Positions 28,702 through 36,902 of a stretch of DNA of 64,000 nt are shown one piece after another (positions within the stretch are counted from its first letter, which is position 1; each line of letters begins with the position of its first letter). The position numbers were made by a program, and so were the translations under genes. The stretch is from IMG/VR virus record IMGVR_UViG_3300035208_002606, one strand, 5' to 3'. This DNA is from a virus. Taxonomy: Duplodnaviria; Heunggongvirae; Uroviricota; Caudoviricetes. The notes under the pieces are model-generated. The model was not told the DNA's origin. It was given only the letters and a program-made list of their open reading frames with translations, and made no database searches.

Positions 28702-29431
28702 AGACAATTTTATACTTCTAGATATAGAAGTTAACGTCAACGAGAATTTGCAAATCGACAGGCACTTCCACGCCATTCAAATCGGCGCAACCAAAATCAC
28801 AGACGGAGACTTTAAGAACTATCAGACCTTCAATGCTTTTATCAAGACACAGAAGATTGAAGAGTATCCCGAAGTCGGCACGGAACTGACGAAGTTCATC
28901 AAGAAACTGACGAAGATTACTCAGAAGCAAGTGGATACGGCAGAGGCTTTTCCCGAAGTGTGGAACAAGTTCTTGGTGTTTTCTGCCCCGTACTTCGAGT
29001 TCTTCGCAAGTTGGGGTAAGTACGATTGGGATGTTCTCAAACGTAATTGTGATTATTATGACCTTCCGTTCCCGTTCAAGTACCATGTCAACCTGAAGGA
29101 TTATTACAAGGTGATTTTTAAGAACGAAGATGTTCAAATGGGTGCAGGGGTTAGAGCGGCTTGCAACTATTTTAAAATCCCCTTCAACGAACAGGGTCAA
29201 CACAACGGCCTAGAGGATGCCAAGATGATTACGGCTATTGCGGCTGCTATGGTCGAAAGGGGATTTTACACTTTCAAGAAAACACCATATAATATAGATA
29301 CGGAAGAGTTGCTAAGACCCACCCCTAAAGACCTTTCGGCCTATAGATATTTTCTCAATCCCATTCTAGTCAAGGAGTGGAACAAGACTCAAAAACGGTT
29401 GAAAGAAATCAAGTATTTCATGTTTCCGTGA
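28694..29431 (+). CDS. DEDDh 3'-5' exonuclease (ERI-1/KapD-like)
   Basis: LDIE, IQIGA, LTKITQ..VD.A..F.EV, SWGKYD, HNGLEDA. Confidence 0.8.
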   Translation: MNKDNFILLDIEVNVNENLQIDRHFHAIQIGATKITDGDFKNYQTFNAFIKTQKIEEYPEVGTELTKFIKKLTKITQKQVDTAEAFPEVWNKFLVFSAPYFEFFASWGKYDWDVLKRNCDYYDLPFPFKYHVNLKDYYKVIFKNEDVQMGAGVRAACNYFKIPFNEQGQHNGLEDAKMITAIAAAMVERGFYTFKKTPYNIDTEELLRPTPKDLSAYRYFLNPILVKEWNKTQKRLKEIKYFMFP

Positions 29432-29439
29432 GGACAAAA

Positions 29440-30564
29440 ATGGAAAAAAAGTTTTGGCATCCGTCCGTTACATCCCAATTTACTGTTTGCCCCATTCCTT
29501 ATCATATGGATACTTACAGAGGGTGTACCTACAACTGCCTCTACTGCTTCGCAAGAGACTTCGTTGTATTCTCCCGTAGGAATTCCGAACACAAGGAATT
29601 TTCATATCTAGTCGGCAACAAAGCAGACTCCCTAGACAAATGGATTCAGCGAACTCTCAAGAAGGATTACGATTACGACAAAGCGGAGGAAGTGGCTTTC
29701 AAGGAGCGCATCCCCATCAAGATTGGTGCAACTTCCGACCCCTTTCCACGCTCCGAAGCGCAGGACAAAATCACTTACGATATTTTGAAGGTGTTCGAAA
29801 AGTACGATTACCCCTTGGAAATTCAGACGAAGAATCCCGAAGTACTTGCAACTTACGCAGAAGACTTTAAAAATCCAAATTGGGTCGTAGCAGTTACGCT
29901 GATTTCAACAGATGAAGATTTCCTGAAAGTGGTTGAACCTCTCGCCCCTTCTGCAAAGGAACGTCTAGCCGCAATTAAGAAATTGACGGAGCAGGGTAAG
30001 AAAGTGATGGTGAAAATACAACCCGCCATCTATCCCAAAATCCTGAAGGACTTGCCCGACTTGGTCGAGAAGATTCACGAGGCAGGGTGCTTCGGCTTCA
30101 ACACCGAAGGATTGAAAATCAGGAAATCAATGCCTGAAAGTGAACGGCTTCTTTTTACTAAAATCAGTAAGGCCATCGGTTACGACCTGAGGAATTATTA
30201 CGCCAAGAATGGAATTACAACAGGTTCGGATTGGGAGATGACCAATCCGAAGAAAATGGAATATATCAACTTGGCACAATCTTTGGCAGATAAATACGGA
30301 CTGAAATTCTATGTTGCAGACAACAATATGGGCTGTCTAGGTTGTAACGGAGAATGTTGCGGGACAGACCTTCTGCACGATTACAGGATTTGGGGAAACA
30401 ACACCCGCAGTCGGCAGTTTCCCGATAAGTCAAAATATTCCGAAGAACTAGGAAAGTGCAAGGTCAACTTCGTCCGCAGTCAGACCAATGCCAACAAAAC
30501 AATGAATGAAGTTTCTCAACGCTATAACGAGAAACAGAAGTACGCTTTGAAGACATTAGTATGA
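29440..30564 (+). CDS. radical SAM protein (spore-photoproduct-lyase-like family)
   Basis: DTYRGCTYNCLYCFA (CxxxCxxC), GATSDPF, IQTKN, EP.APS..ERL; extra C-terminal CCG. Confidence 0.85.
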   Translation: MEKKFWHPSVTSQFTVCPIPYHMDTYRGCTYNCLYCFARDFVVFSRRNSEHKEFSYLVGNKADSLDKWIQRTLKKDYDYDKAEEVAFKERIPIKIGATSDPFPRSEAQDKITYDILKVFEKYDYPLEIQTKNPEVLATYAEDFKNPNWVVAVTLISTDEDFLKVVEPLAPSAKERLAAIKKLTEQGKKVMVKIQPAIYPKILKDLPDLVEKIHEAGCFGFNTEGLKIRKSMPESERLLFTKISKAIGYDLRNYYAKNGITTGSDWEMTNPKKMEYINLAQSLADKYGLKFYVADNNMGCLGCNGECCGTDLLHDYRIWGNNTRSRQFPDKSKYSEELGKCKVNFVRSQTNANKTMNEVSQRYNEKQKYALKTLV

Positions 30565-30596
30565 AACATATCGATTTATTTGCAGGAAGAGTATGA
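30561..30596 (+). pseudogene. orphaned 5' end of the C5 methyltransferase (MKHIDLFAGRV*)
   Basis: motif I HIDLFAG repeats the start of 31284; ATGA-coupled to the radical SAM stop. Confidence 0.75.
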
Positions 30597-30602
30597 AAAC
30601 AA

Positions 30603-30703
30603 TAAATAATAGTGTAGGGACAAGGAGTAATTACCCATTCGGAATACCTCGTATATTCTGGATTACCTACACTATTTTAATAATTTTACGAGGAGGTTGT
30701 TAA
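30603..30703 (+). promoter_or_regulatory. late promoter plus structured leader RNA, copy 4
   Basis: P1 aatagtgtagg/cctacactatt; loop cctcgta (30647-30653) pairs with tacgagg (30687-30693). Confidence 0.8.
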
Positions 30704-31303
30704 ATGGAAAATAATATTGAACTTAAAGAGAAAAAACGATTAAAATATTGTTGGGTTTGTGGAAAAGAATTTGAGGCACATACGCCGTGGCACAGATATT
30801 GCTCGCACAAATGTGAAGCAGAAAATCAAAGAAATATTAAAGGAAGAGTTGTTGATAAAGGAAGATATTGTAGACAATGTGGGAAAAAATTTATTCCTTC
30901 ACGAAATGGGGGACAAAATAAACAACATTGCTCTCCCGAATGTGCAGTTAAAAGTGCTAGAGAATCTAGGTCTAAATTTTATAAACTAAATCCACAAAAA
31001 CGAAAAGAGTATGGTTTAAATAGAGAAAAAAAAGTAGGAAAAGACAATAATTTATTAAGATTTTATTTGCGATATCCTGAAGCCCCTAAAAAATGTCAAG
31101 GTTGTGGCAATGATAGGGTTCTTGATATTGCACACAGACCCGAATTTAGGAGAAATGGGGCTTGGAGGTCTAAATCAAATACAACAATCAAAAAAGTATG
31201 GATTTTATGCCCAACTTGTCACGCTTTGTTAGATAGAAAAGGCTGGACTCCAGAAGAGATTGGGATAAAGGAGGAGGAGTCAAATGCCGCTAAAGAAATT
31301 TAA
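30704..31303 (+). CDS. HNH endonuclease with two zinc-finger repeats
   Basis: CWVCGKEF...YCSHKC, CRQCGKKF...HCSPEC, CQGCG...DIAH...LCPTCHALLD. Confidence 0.75.
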   Translation: MENNIELKEKKRLKYCWVCGKEFEAHTPWHRYCSHKCEAENQRNIKGRVVDKGRYCRQCGKKFIPSRNGGQNKQHCSPECAVKSARESRSKFYKLNPQKRKEYGLNREKKVGKDNNLLRFYLRYPEAPKKCQGCGNDRVLDIAHRPEFRRNGAWRSKSNTTIKKVWILCPTCHALLDRKGWTPEEIGIKEEESNAAKEI

Positions 31304-32759
31304 TCATATTGATTTGTTCGCGGGAATTGGGGGATTTTCTTATGCCGCCCGACAGATTTGGGGTGAGGAATATGAACCCGCATTCTTCTGCGAAATCGAC
31401 AAGTACTGCCAAGCCGTACTCAGAAAAAATTTTGGAAAGGAGATAAAGATTTATGGGGACATTAGAAAAGTCACCAAAGAGAGATACCTTAGAGATATTG
31501 CCAACGCCAAGGGCATCCAAAACGACAAACGAGAACGAGGAAAATTGGAAGAAGAGGCAAGCGGCAGGAAAGGTCTCGACTCCCCCTCTCGCTCTCGCCA
31601 TTCAAATGTCCCGCCGCAAGAAAACCAAGACTTTAAAATTGACCTCCTTACCGCTGGCCCACCCTGCCAACCCGCATCTCAAGCAGGAAAGCGAGAAGGA
31701 GAGGAAGATGACCGTTGGCTCTGGGACGAAATGTTTAAAGTTATACAAGACTTTAAACCGACATGGTGCATCGTTGAAAATGTTTACGGACTTCTTAGTC
31801 TCAAAAGGGGAGTGGTATTCGACTCGTTGTTCTCTAAGATGGAAAGCCTTGGTTACGAAGTCCAACCATTTGTTATTGGTGCAGTCGGCAAAAACGCTCC
31901 CCACAAAAGATACCGAGTCTGGTTTATTGCTCACGCCAAGGGCAACGGAAGTGTTGGAAAGTCAGGAGGGGTTCGTCAACAGGAACAACGACAGGTCGAT
32001 GAATTGCTATCCCAACTTGACAACGCAAATCAGCGGGATGCTGACTACTCCGAATGTTCAGGACTCAAGGAATGTTCCTGCGGCGCTGAGGCCGAGCAGA
32101 ATCGAGACGGGGAGAAAGACGGATTATCTCAGCCGCCAAATTGCAATGGTTCCGACCCCGACAGGCACGGATTACAAGAGCAGAGGGCCGAACAGCAAAC
32201 AGATGGGCGTGGACAATTTGATGAAAATGCTCCCGACCCCAAGCACGAAGGATATGTCGGGCGGGGCAGTACAGGCAGAGGCAACGGAGACGGGATTCAA
32301 GAGGGTGAGCAAACAGGGCAAATCTCACGGGGCGCAACTTCACGATGTGGTGAAGACCGTCTCGATGTTGGGAACTCCGAAGGAACAGGACAGTCGTGCG
32401 GCTTTGACGGACAGGGGCCGAAGCAATATGGGGGAGCAAGTGAATCAGGCTTTGAAAGATGGGACAGAGGGTGGTATGAAGTTGCAACCAAACTTTGTAG
32501 AGTGGCTAATGGGCTTCCCGCAAAATTGGACGGACTTGAACTCACCGCCTCCAAACACAGAGAAGAAAGATTGAGAGCGTTAGGAAATGCCGTAGTGCCG
32601 CCGTTGGTTGCCGAGTTTCTCAAGGCCATTAAAAAGGTCGAAGAGATGAATTTGACGGACGAGCCAAAAGTGAAAAAAACGATTGAACACATAAATATAG
32701 ATGAGAGTGGAGAAAAGTATTTCGTGACAAAGACACTAAAGAATTTTGGAGTGAAGTAA
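31284..32759 (+). CDS. DNA (cytosine-5) methyltransferase, alpha chain (motifs I-VIII and X)
   Basis: DLFAGIGG, CEID, GDI, GPPCQ, VENV, PHKRYRVW, LGNAVVP; motif IX absent in this frame. Confidence 0.85.
   Translation: MPLKKFNHIDLFAGIGGFSYAARQIWGEEYEPAFFCEIDKYCQAVLRKNFGKEIKIYGDIRKVTKERYLRDIANAKGIQNDKRERGKLEEEASGRKGLDSPSRSRHSNVPPQENQDFKIDLLTAGPPCQPASQAGKREGEEDDRWLWDEMFKVIQDFKPTWCIVENVYGLLSLKRGVVFDSLFSKMESLGYEVQPFVIGAVGKNAPHKRYRVWFIAHAKGNGSVGKSGGVRQQEQRQVDELLSQLDNANQRDADYSECSGLKECSCGAEAEQNRDGEKDGLSQPPNCNGSDPDRHGLQEQRAEQQTDGRGQFDENAPDPKHEGYVGRGSTGRGNGDGIQEGEQTGQISRGATSRCGEDRLDVGNSEGTGQSCGFDGQGPKQYGGASESGFERWDRGWYEVATKLCRVANGLPAKLDGLELTASKHREERLRALGNAVVPPLVAEFLKAIKKVEEMNLTDEPKVKKTIEHINIDESGEKYFVTKTLKNFGVK
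31453..32574 (+). CDS. nested +1-frame methyltransferase beta chain (repeat modules plus motif IX)
   Basis: 373 stop-free codons; six [LMV]xTP modules; C-terminal KLQPNFVEWLMGFPQNWT resembles C5-MTase motif IX. Confidence 0.7.
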   Translation: MGTLEKSPKRDTLEILPTPRASKTTNENEENWKKRQAAGKVSTPPLALAIQMSRRKKTKTLKLTSLPLAHPANPHLKQESEKERKMTVGSGTKCLKLYKTLNRHGASLKMFTDFLVSKGEWYSTRCSLRWKALVTKSNHLLLVQSAKTLPTKDTESGLLLTPRATEVLESQEGFVNRNNDRSMNCYPNLTTQISGMLTTPNVQDSRNVPAALRPSRIETGRKTDYLSRQIAMVPTPTGTDYKSRGPNSKQMGVDNLMKMLPTPSTKDMSGGAVQAEATETGFKRVSKQGKSHGAQLHDVVKTVSMLGTPKEQDSRAALTDRGRSNMGEQVNQALKDGTEGGMKLQPNFVEWLMGFPQNWTDLNSPPPNTEKKD

Positions 32760-32998
32760 TGAAAAAATCAAAATATAACTATGTTATGTTTTTCACCTAT
32801 GTAAAAGATAATAAAGAACATTTGGTGGGTCATATTATTTGCACGGAAGAAATTCCATCATTAGAGGGAATTGATTATAATAAAAAAGAAGTAATAGAAG
32901 ATGCAAAATTAAATTTAACAATTGATGATTTAAGAGTCATTATGGTATCTAGTGAAATGATTTATCAAACTTATCATCATATGTTCGAGGGGAAATAA
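32759..32998 (+). CDS. hypothetical protein
   Basis: TAATG coupling at both ends. Confidence 0.5.
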   Translation: MKKSKYNYVMFFTYVKDNKEHLVGHIICTEEIPSLEGIDYNKKEVIEDAKLNLTIDDLRVIMVSSEMIYQTYHHMFEGK

Positions 32999-33468
32999 TG
33001 AGTATCGTGCTAGGGATTGACCCCGGAAATGTTCAATCGGCATTGGTCTTGCTAGACACCGAAACTCAGGAAATCCTGTATAAGGCCATTCTGCCGAACC
33101 TTGAATGTTTTCTAGCGTTCGAGCAGATGAAACCCGCTCCTGATATTTGCGTAATCGAGCAAGTTGCAGGAATGGGAATGGTTGTTGGCGAAACTGTATT
33201 TGAAACTGCCGTGTGGAGCGGGAGGTTTTGGCAGATGTTGGATTCGTTAGGATATCGTGTGGATAGAATAAAACGAAATGAAATCAAAAATATTCTTTGC
33301 GGTTCAAGCAGGGCCAAGGATAAAAATATTCGTCAACGGCTGATAGATATTTACGGCGAACAGGGAACGAAGAAGAATCCCGGGAAGACATATCAGATTC
33401 GTGCCGATATGTGGGCTGCTTTGGCTGTTGCAACGGCGTGGGATATAAAACAGAAGGAGAAGAAATGA
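32998..33468 (+). CDS. RuvC-like Holliday junction resolvase
   Basis: VLGIDPG, VIEQ, K..LCG...AKD, ADMWAALAVA. Confidence 0.75.
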   Translation: MSIVLGIDPGNVQSALVLLDTETQEILYKAILPNLECFLAFEQMKPAPDICVIEQVAGMGMVVGETVFETAVWSGRFWQMLDSLGYRVDRIKRNEIKNILCGSSRAKDKNIRQRLIDIYGEQGTKKNPGKTYQIRADMWAALAVATAWDIKQKEKK

Positions 33469-33583
33469 TTGGTAAAATATTATGTTTCTTCGGTTTTCAT
33501 AAGTGGTATTTGTGGCAACCTTATCCGAATCTTTATCCCGAAATAAAAATAAAAAGATGCTCTCGCTGTGACGATTTTTATGA

Positions 33584-33904
33584 GTGGAGATAAAAATGTT
33601 TAGCCTTAAACAAAAACAGTTCATTGCCGCAGAAATTGAGAAATTACTTTTGAGCCTCAATCATCCTGAAATGCCAACATCAAAACCAAATTTTACCCTG
33701 CATGTCGATGGGAAAGAGGAATGGTCGTGGGCAGACATCAAGCCCAATTGGATATACGAAGGGGAATCTCAACAGCCATCAATAAACCCATTCAATGAAA
33801 TGATTGCCAATCAAACCCCCGTGCCCCCCGATATTCAAAAAATAGTAAACGAGAACTTCATGAGCCTGATAACCAAAGATAGTGATTTAAAGGAGAAAAA
33901 ATAA
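33584..33904 (+). CDS. hypothetical protein
   Basis: ORF in a small-gene cluster; true start may be a few codons downstream. Confidence 0.5.
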   Translation: MEIKMFSLKQKQFIAAEIEKLLLSLNHPEMPTSKPNFTLHVDGKEEWSWADIKPNWIYEGESQQPSINPFNEMIANQTPVPPDIQKIVNENFMSLITKDSDLKEKK

Positions 33905-33905
33905 A

Positions 33906-34145
33906 ATGAAAGTTTTTTGTCAAAGTTGCAAACATTTTTGGTCAAGTACTTTTTGTGCCGCCCCATCTAATGTAAAAGATACTTGGTTTGGCCCAAATAG
34001 TGCTATGATATTAACCCCCGAAGAAAAAAACAAAAACAATGATTGTCCCGATTATATTGATAAGAAATTAGCGGAGAGGAAAGAACAACTACAAAAAGAG
34101 ATTGAGATATGGAATAATAAAAAATGGTGGCAATTTTGGAAGTAA
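33906..34145 (+). CDS. hypothetical Cys-rich protein
   Basis: C..C...C...KNKNNDC motif, similar to the C-terminus of 2510..2965. Confidence 0.5.
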   Translation: MKVFCQSCKHFWSSTFCAAPSNVKDTWFGPNSAMILTPEEKNKNNDCPDYIDKKLAERKEQLQKEIEIWNNKKWWQFWK

Positions 34146-34502
34146 GGAGAAGAAATAAAATGAAAAAAAATGAAAAACAATTTGGAGAAAAATTGTATTC
34201 AAATTGGAAAAAGTGGCAAGAAGAAAATGCCGAAATAAGTAGAAAGGAACGCGCTGATATTGAAAAACTTGAGGGAAAAGAAAAACTATCGGCAGAAACT
34301 CAACAATTTTTAACCGAATTAAAGAGATTTCAAAAATTCATGAAAAAACAAGAAAAAATTGTCAATACTTTTTATGGTGAACCGAAAAAGGAGAAGAAAT
34401 AAAATGAAAAAGCGTTATTGGGTACTGTTGGGATTGGTTGCGATTGGCGGCTACTTGTATTGGAAAATCAATCAAGACCTGTTTGATTTTTAAGGAGCAA
34501 TT

Positions 34503-34811
34503 ATGGATAACATTATAGAACAATTCGATAAATATTTGAAGTCAAATGCATCAGAAGTCAAATTTATTTATTGCGGCATAATGACTTCTCCGGTGGAATT
34601 AGAATGGCTTGCCCATCAGTATAAAACAGATGTCACTCTCCCTGATGAAAACATCACTCCCGATATTTTTCCCGTAATATTAGAAACGATGAATGATAAG
34701 TTTTCAGGAGAAGAAATAAAAATTTATCAAATATTCACTAAAAAAGCAGTAAGGGAAACCATGAATAATGTTGTGAATATACTTCATTTTCGTTTTGGAG
34801 TAAAGGAATAA
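34503..34811 (+). CDS. hypothetical protein
   Basis: AAGGAG RBS. Confidence 0.5.
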   Translation: MDNIIEQFDKYLKSNASEVKFIYCGIMTSPVELEWLAHQYKTDVTLPDENITPDIFPVILETMNDKFSGEEIKIYQIFTKKAVRETMNNVVNILHFRFGVKE

Positions 34812-34827
34812 ATTTAGGAGTGATGAA

Positions 34828-35070
34828 ATGAAAGACATATTTTGGTGGGAACCAAAAATTTCGAAGCATAAAGCAATATGTTTACAGTTAAGTTGGGTGC
34901 AACCTAGACATATTGATTTTGGTTGTGAATTTGACTCTTCGTGGAAAGATGACCATGCAGGATTTGCCATCACGATAAGTCTGTTTAAGATTATGTTCCA
35001 CTTTAACTTTTATGACATTCGCCATTGGGATGATGAAAAAGACCAATGGGTAATATATGAGGAGAACTAA
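34828..35070 (+). CDS. hypothetical protein
   Basis: AGGAG RBS. Confidence 0.45.
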   Translation: MKDIFWWEPKISKHKAICLQLSWVQPRHIDFGCEFDSSWKDDHAGFAITISLFKIMFHFNFYDIRHWDDEKDQWVIYEEN

Positions 35071-35071
35071 A

Positions 35072-35830
35072 ATGAACGAAAAACTGAAAGTATTTTTTAA
35101 GAAATTCATGACCTTCTTGGCGAACAATTGGATTGCTATTCTTATCATTTTCGCCCTGTTGGGATTGAGCGGGATTACCAAAAGTTGTGCCGACAACAAA
35201 CTCAGGAATGCCAACGCAAGGATTGCCGAGTTGGAAAAAGCAAACAAAGATTTAGAGGCTCAACTTGCACAGAGTGCCGAGTCGCAAGACCTTCTTGACA
35301 TTCAATTGAAGGAACTTTTGGCTGTTGTGGAATCATTGAAGAAGGATAAGGAATCCCTAGAAAAAGACAAGGCTAAGATTGCCAAGAAGTACAAGGACTT
35401 GCAGGACAAGTTCGGACAACTTTCACAGGAACAGCAAGACCAACTTCTTATCGAGTTGATGGAGAAGTACAACATTCAGGCAGAGATTCGGGACAATATG
35501 CTCATCATCACGATGGAGGACAGAGGCAGACTCTACACCTTCATGATTGATATTGACAAGGTGAAAGAGGATTTGGAAAATACCAACGAACTGCTTCTGA
35601 ATTGCAGAGCGACAGTAACGGCAAAGGACGAAATCATCTCTAATAGGAACGCAACCATCGTACTGAAAGATAAGGATATTACGACACTAAAAACCGTGTT
35701 GAATAACAAGGACGAGATTATCAGGAAGTTGAACAACAAGGTTCTGTGGACGAAGGTTAAGTTCTTTGGAAGCAGGGCCATCCCTGCATTATTGGTGGGT
35801 TTAGTTGTCGGGTTCTTGGTGGGGAAGTAA
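35072..35830 (+). CDS. membrane-anchored coiled-coil protein (spanin-like?)
   Basis: N-terminal hydrophobic segment, long heptad coiled coil, C-terminal hydrophobic segment. Confidence 0.45.
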   Translation: MNEKLKVFFKKFMTFLANNWIAILIIFALLGLSGITKSCADNKLRNANARIAELEKANKDLEAQLAQSAESQDLLDIQLKELLAVVESLKKDKESLEKDKAKIAKKYKDLQDKFGQLSQEQQDQLLIELMEKYNIQAEIRDNMLIITMEDRGRLYTFMIDIDKVKEDLENTNELLLNCRATVTAKDEIISNRNATIVLKDKDITTLKTVLNNKDEIIRKLNNKVLWTKVKFFGSRAIPALLVGLVVGFLVGK

Positions 35831-36108
35831 AATGAAATATAAACAATTGGAAACTTTAGATTATACTAGTGAAGATAATTGTATGGGTGAAATAATTTTT
35901 AACGGGCAAACGAGTGGTTCATTTCGTAAAGCAAATTCAAAAGAAGGTTGGGTTGATACTTGGATTATTTATGGTTTAACAAAACAACATTTTCCAGATT
36001 TTCTTAAAGATGAAAATGGTAAATGTATAGTTGTTAGGTTATATGGCAAAGTAGAAATATTTGCCCTGGATAAACAAGGCAAAAGAATAGAAGAAAAGGA
36101 GGAATAAT

Positions 36109-36453
36109 ATGTGTATAAGTAAAGAAATGGCAGGGAATTATCCAAAAGAAATGACAGGGAATTATCCATCTCACCCTTATGTGGGTGCAGAGGTAAAAAG
36201 ACCCACTAATCAAAGGGATGAGAATGAAAAGATTTTGGCAGTATTAATGGAAATACAGAGTTTCTCTGCTAAGATTTTAGAAATGGCTGAGGATATGAAA
36301 GATTATTATTTAGGGGCGAGGCCCGAAAAGTCAGGGGAAGACGAGGTAATCAATCCTGCGCCGCGGAATGGCTTTTTCGACAAAATATTGAGTATTTCAA
36401 ATGAGACTCAACGTAATTTGTCAGAGATTTGGGAAATATTGCATAAGATGTAA
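36109..36453 (+). CDS. hypothetical protein with an 8-aa tandem duplication
   Basis: AGGAGG RBS; KEMAGNYP/KEMTGNYP. Confidence 0.5.
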   Translation: MCISKEMAGNYPKEMTGNYPSHPYVGAEVKRPTNQRDENEKILAVLMEIQSFSAKILEMAEDMKDYYLGARPEKSGEDEVINPAPRNGFFDKILSISNETQRNLSEIWEILHKM

Positions 36454-36477
36454 GGAGGATAACAAGGAAAAATAAAG

Positions 36478-36696
36478 ATGGAAATTAAAATCACCAATGC
36501 GAAAAAAATTAAAATAAAAGAAGGCGACCTTTTGGTCTTTGAAGTGGATGCTAAGTTGTCGCCTAAAAGGTTTATTGAATGGGCAGAAAAATTCACAAAG
36601 GGGATGGAAGAGTTATATCCAAATATCAAGGTTTTGGTTTTACCAAAAGAAGTACAACTAAAAACTATTCTTAATGCGGAAAAGTTGAAAAAATAA
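36478..36696 (+). CDS. hypothetical protein
   Basis: ORF with RBS. Confidence 0.5.
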   Translation: MEIKITNAKKIKIKEGDLLVFEVDAKLSPKRFIEWAEKFTKGMEELYPNIKVLVLPKEVQLKTILNAEKLKK

Positions 36697-36713
36697 TAAC
36701 ACAAGGAGACATA

Positions 36714-36788
36714 ATGGACGATATGGAATTGCTATCGATTGCGGAAAAACACTTTAACGGCGATGTCAACATTGCGAAAATTTGGTAA
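36714..36788 (+). pseudogene. orphaned 5' end of ribonucleotide reductase (MDDMELLSIAEKHFNGDVNIAKIW*)
   Basis: own AAGGAG RBS; GDVNIAKIW identical to the N-terminal region of 37880. Confidence 0.8.
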
Positions 36789-36807
36789 CAAAATAAAACC
36801 AAAATGA

Positions 36808-36902
36808 TAAATACAGGTGAAGGACAGGGAGTCGCGACCTTTCTAAATGTCCTAGCATTTAGATTACTTCACTTGATTATTTTAACTCTAGGAGGTTAGA
36901 AG
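36808..36902 (+). promoter_or_regulatory. late promoter plus structured leader RNA, copy 5
   Basis: P1 caggtgaag/cttcacttg; loop tcctag (36850-36855) pairs with ctagga (36888-36893). Confidence 0.8.

Noticed and set aside
31284-32759. Sequencing frameshift as the cause of the odd methyltransferase
   Set aside because: Both frames stay open for over 1.1 kb, and motif X returns in the first frame after motif IX in the second, which a single error cannot produce.
1363-36902. Group I intron or IS-element explanation for the leader-plus-nuclease cassettes
   Set aside because: The leaders are about 95 nt with no group I core visible. There are no terminal inverted repeats or transposase, and the downstream genes have their own complete starts.
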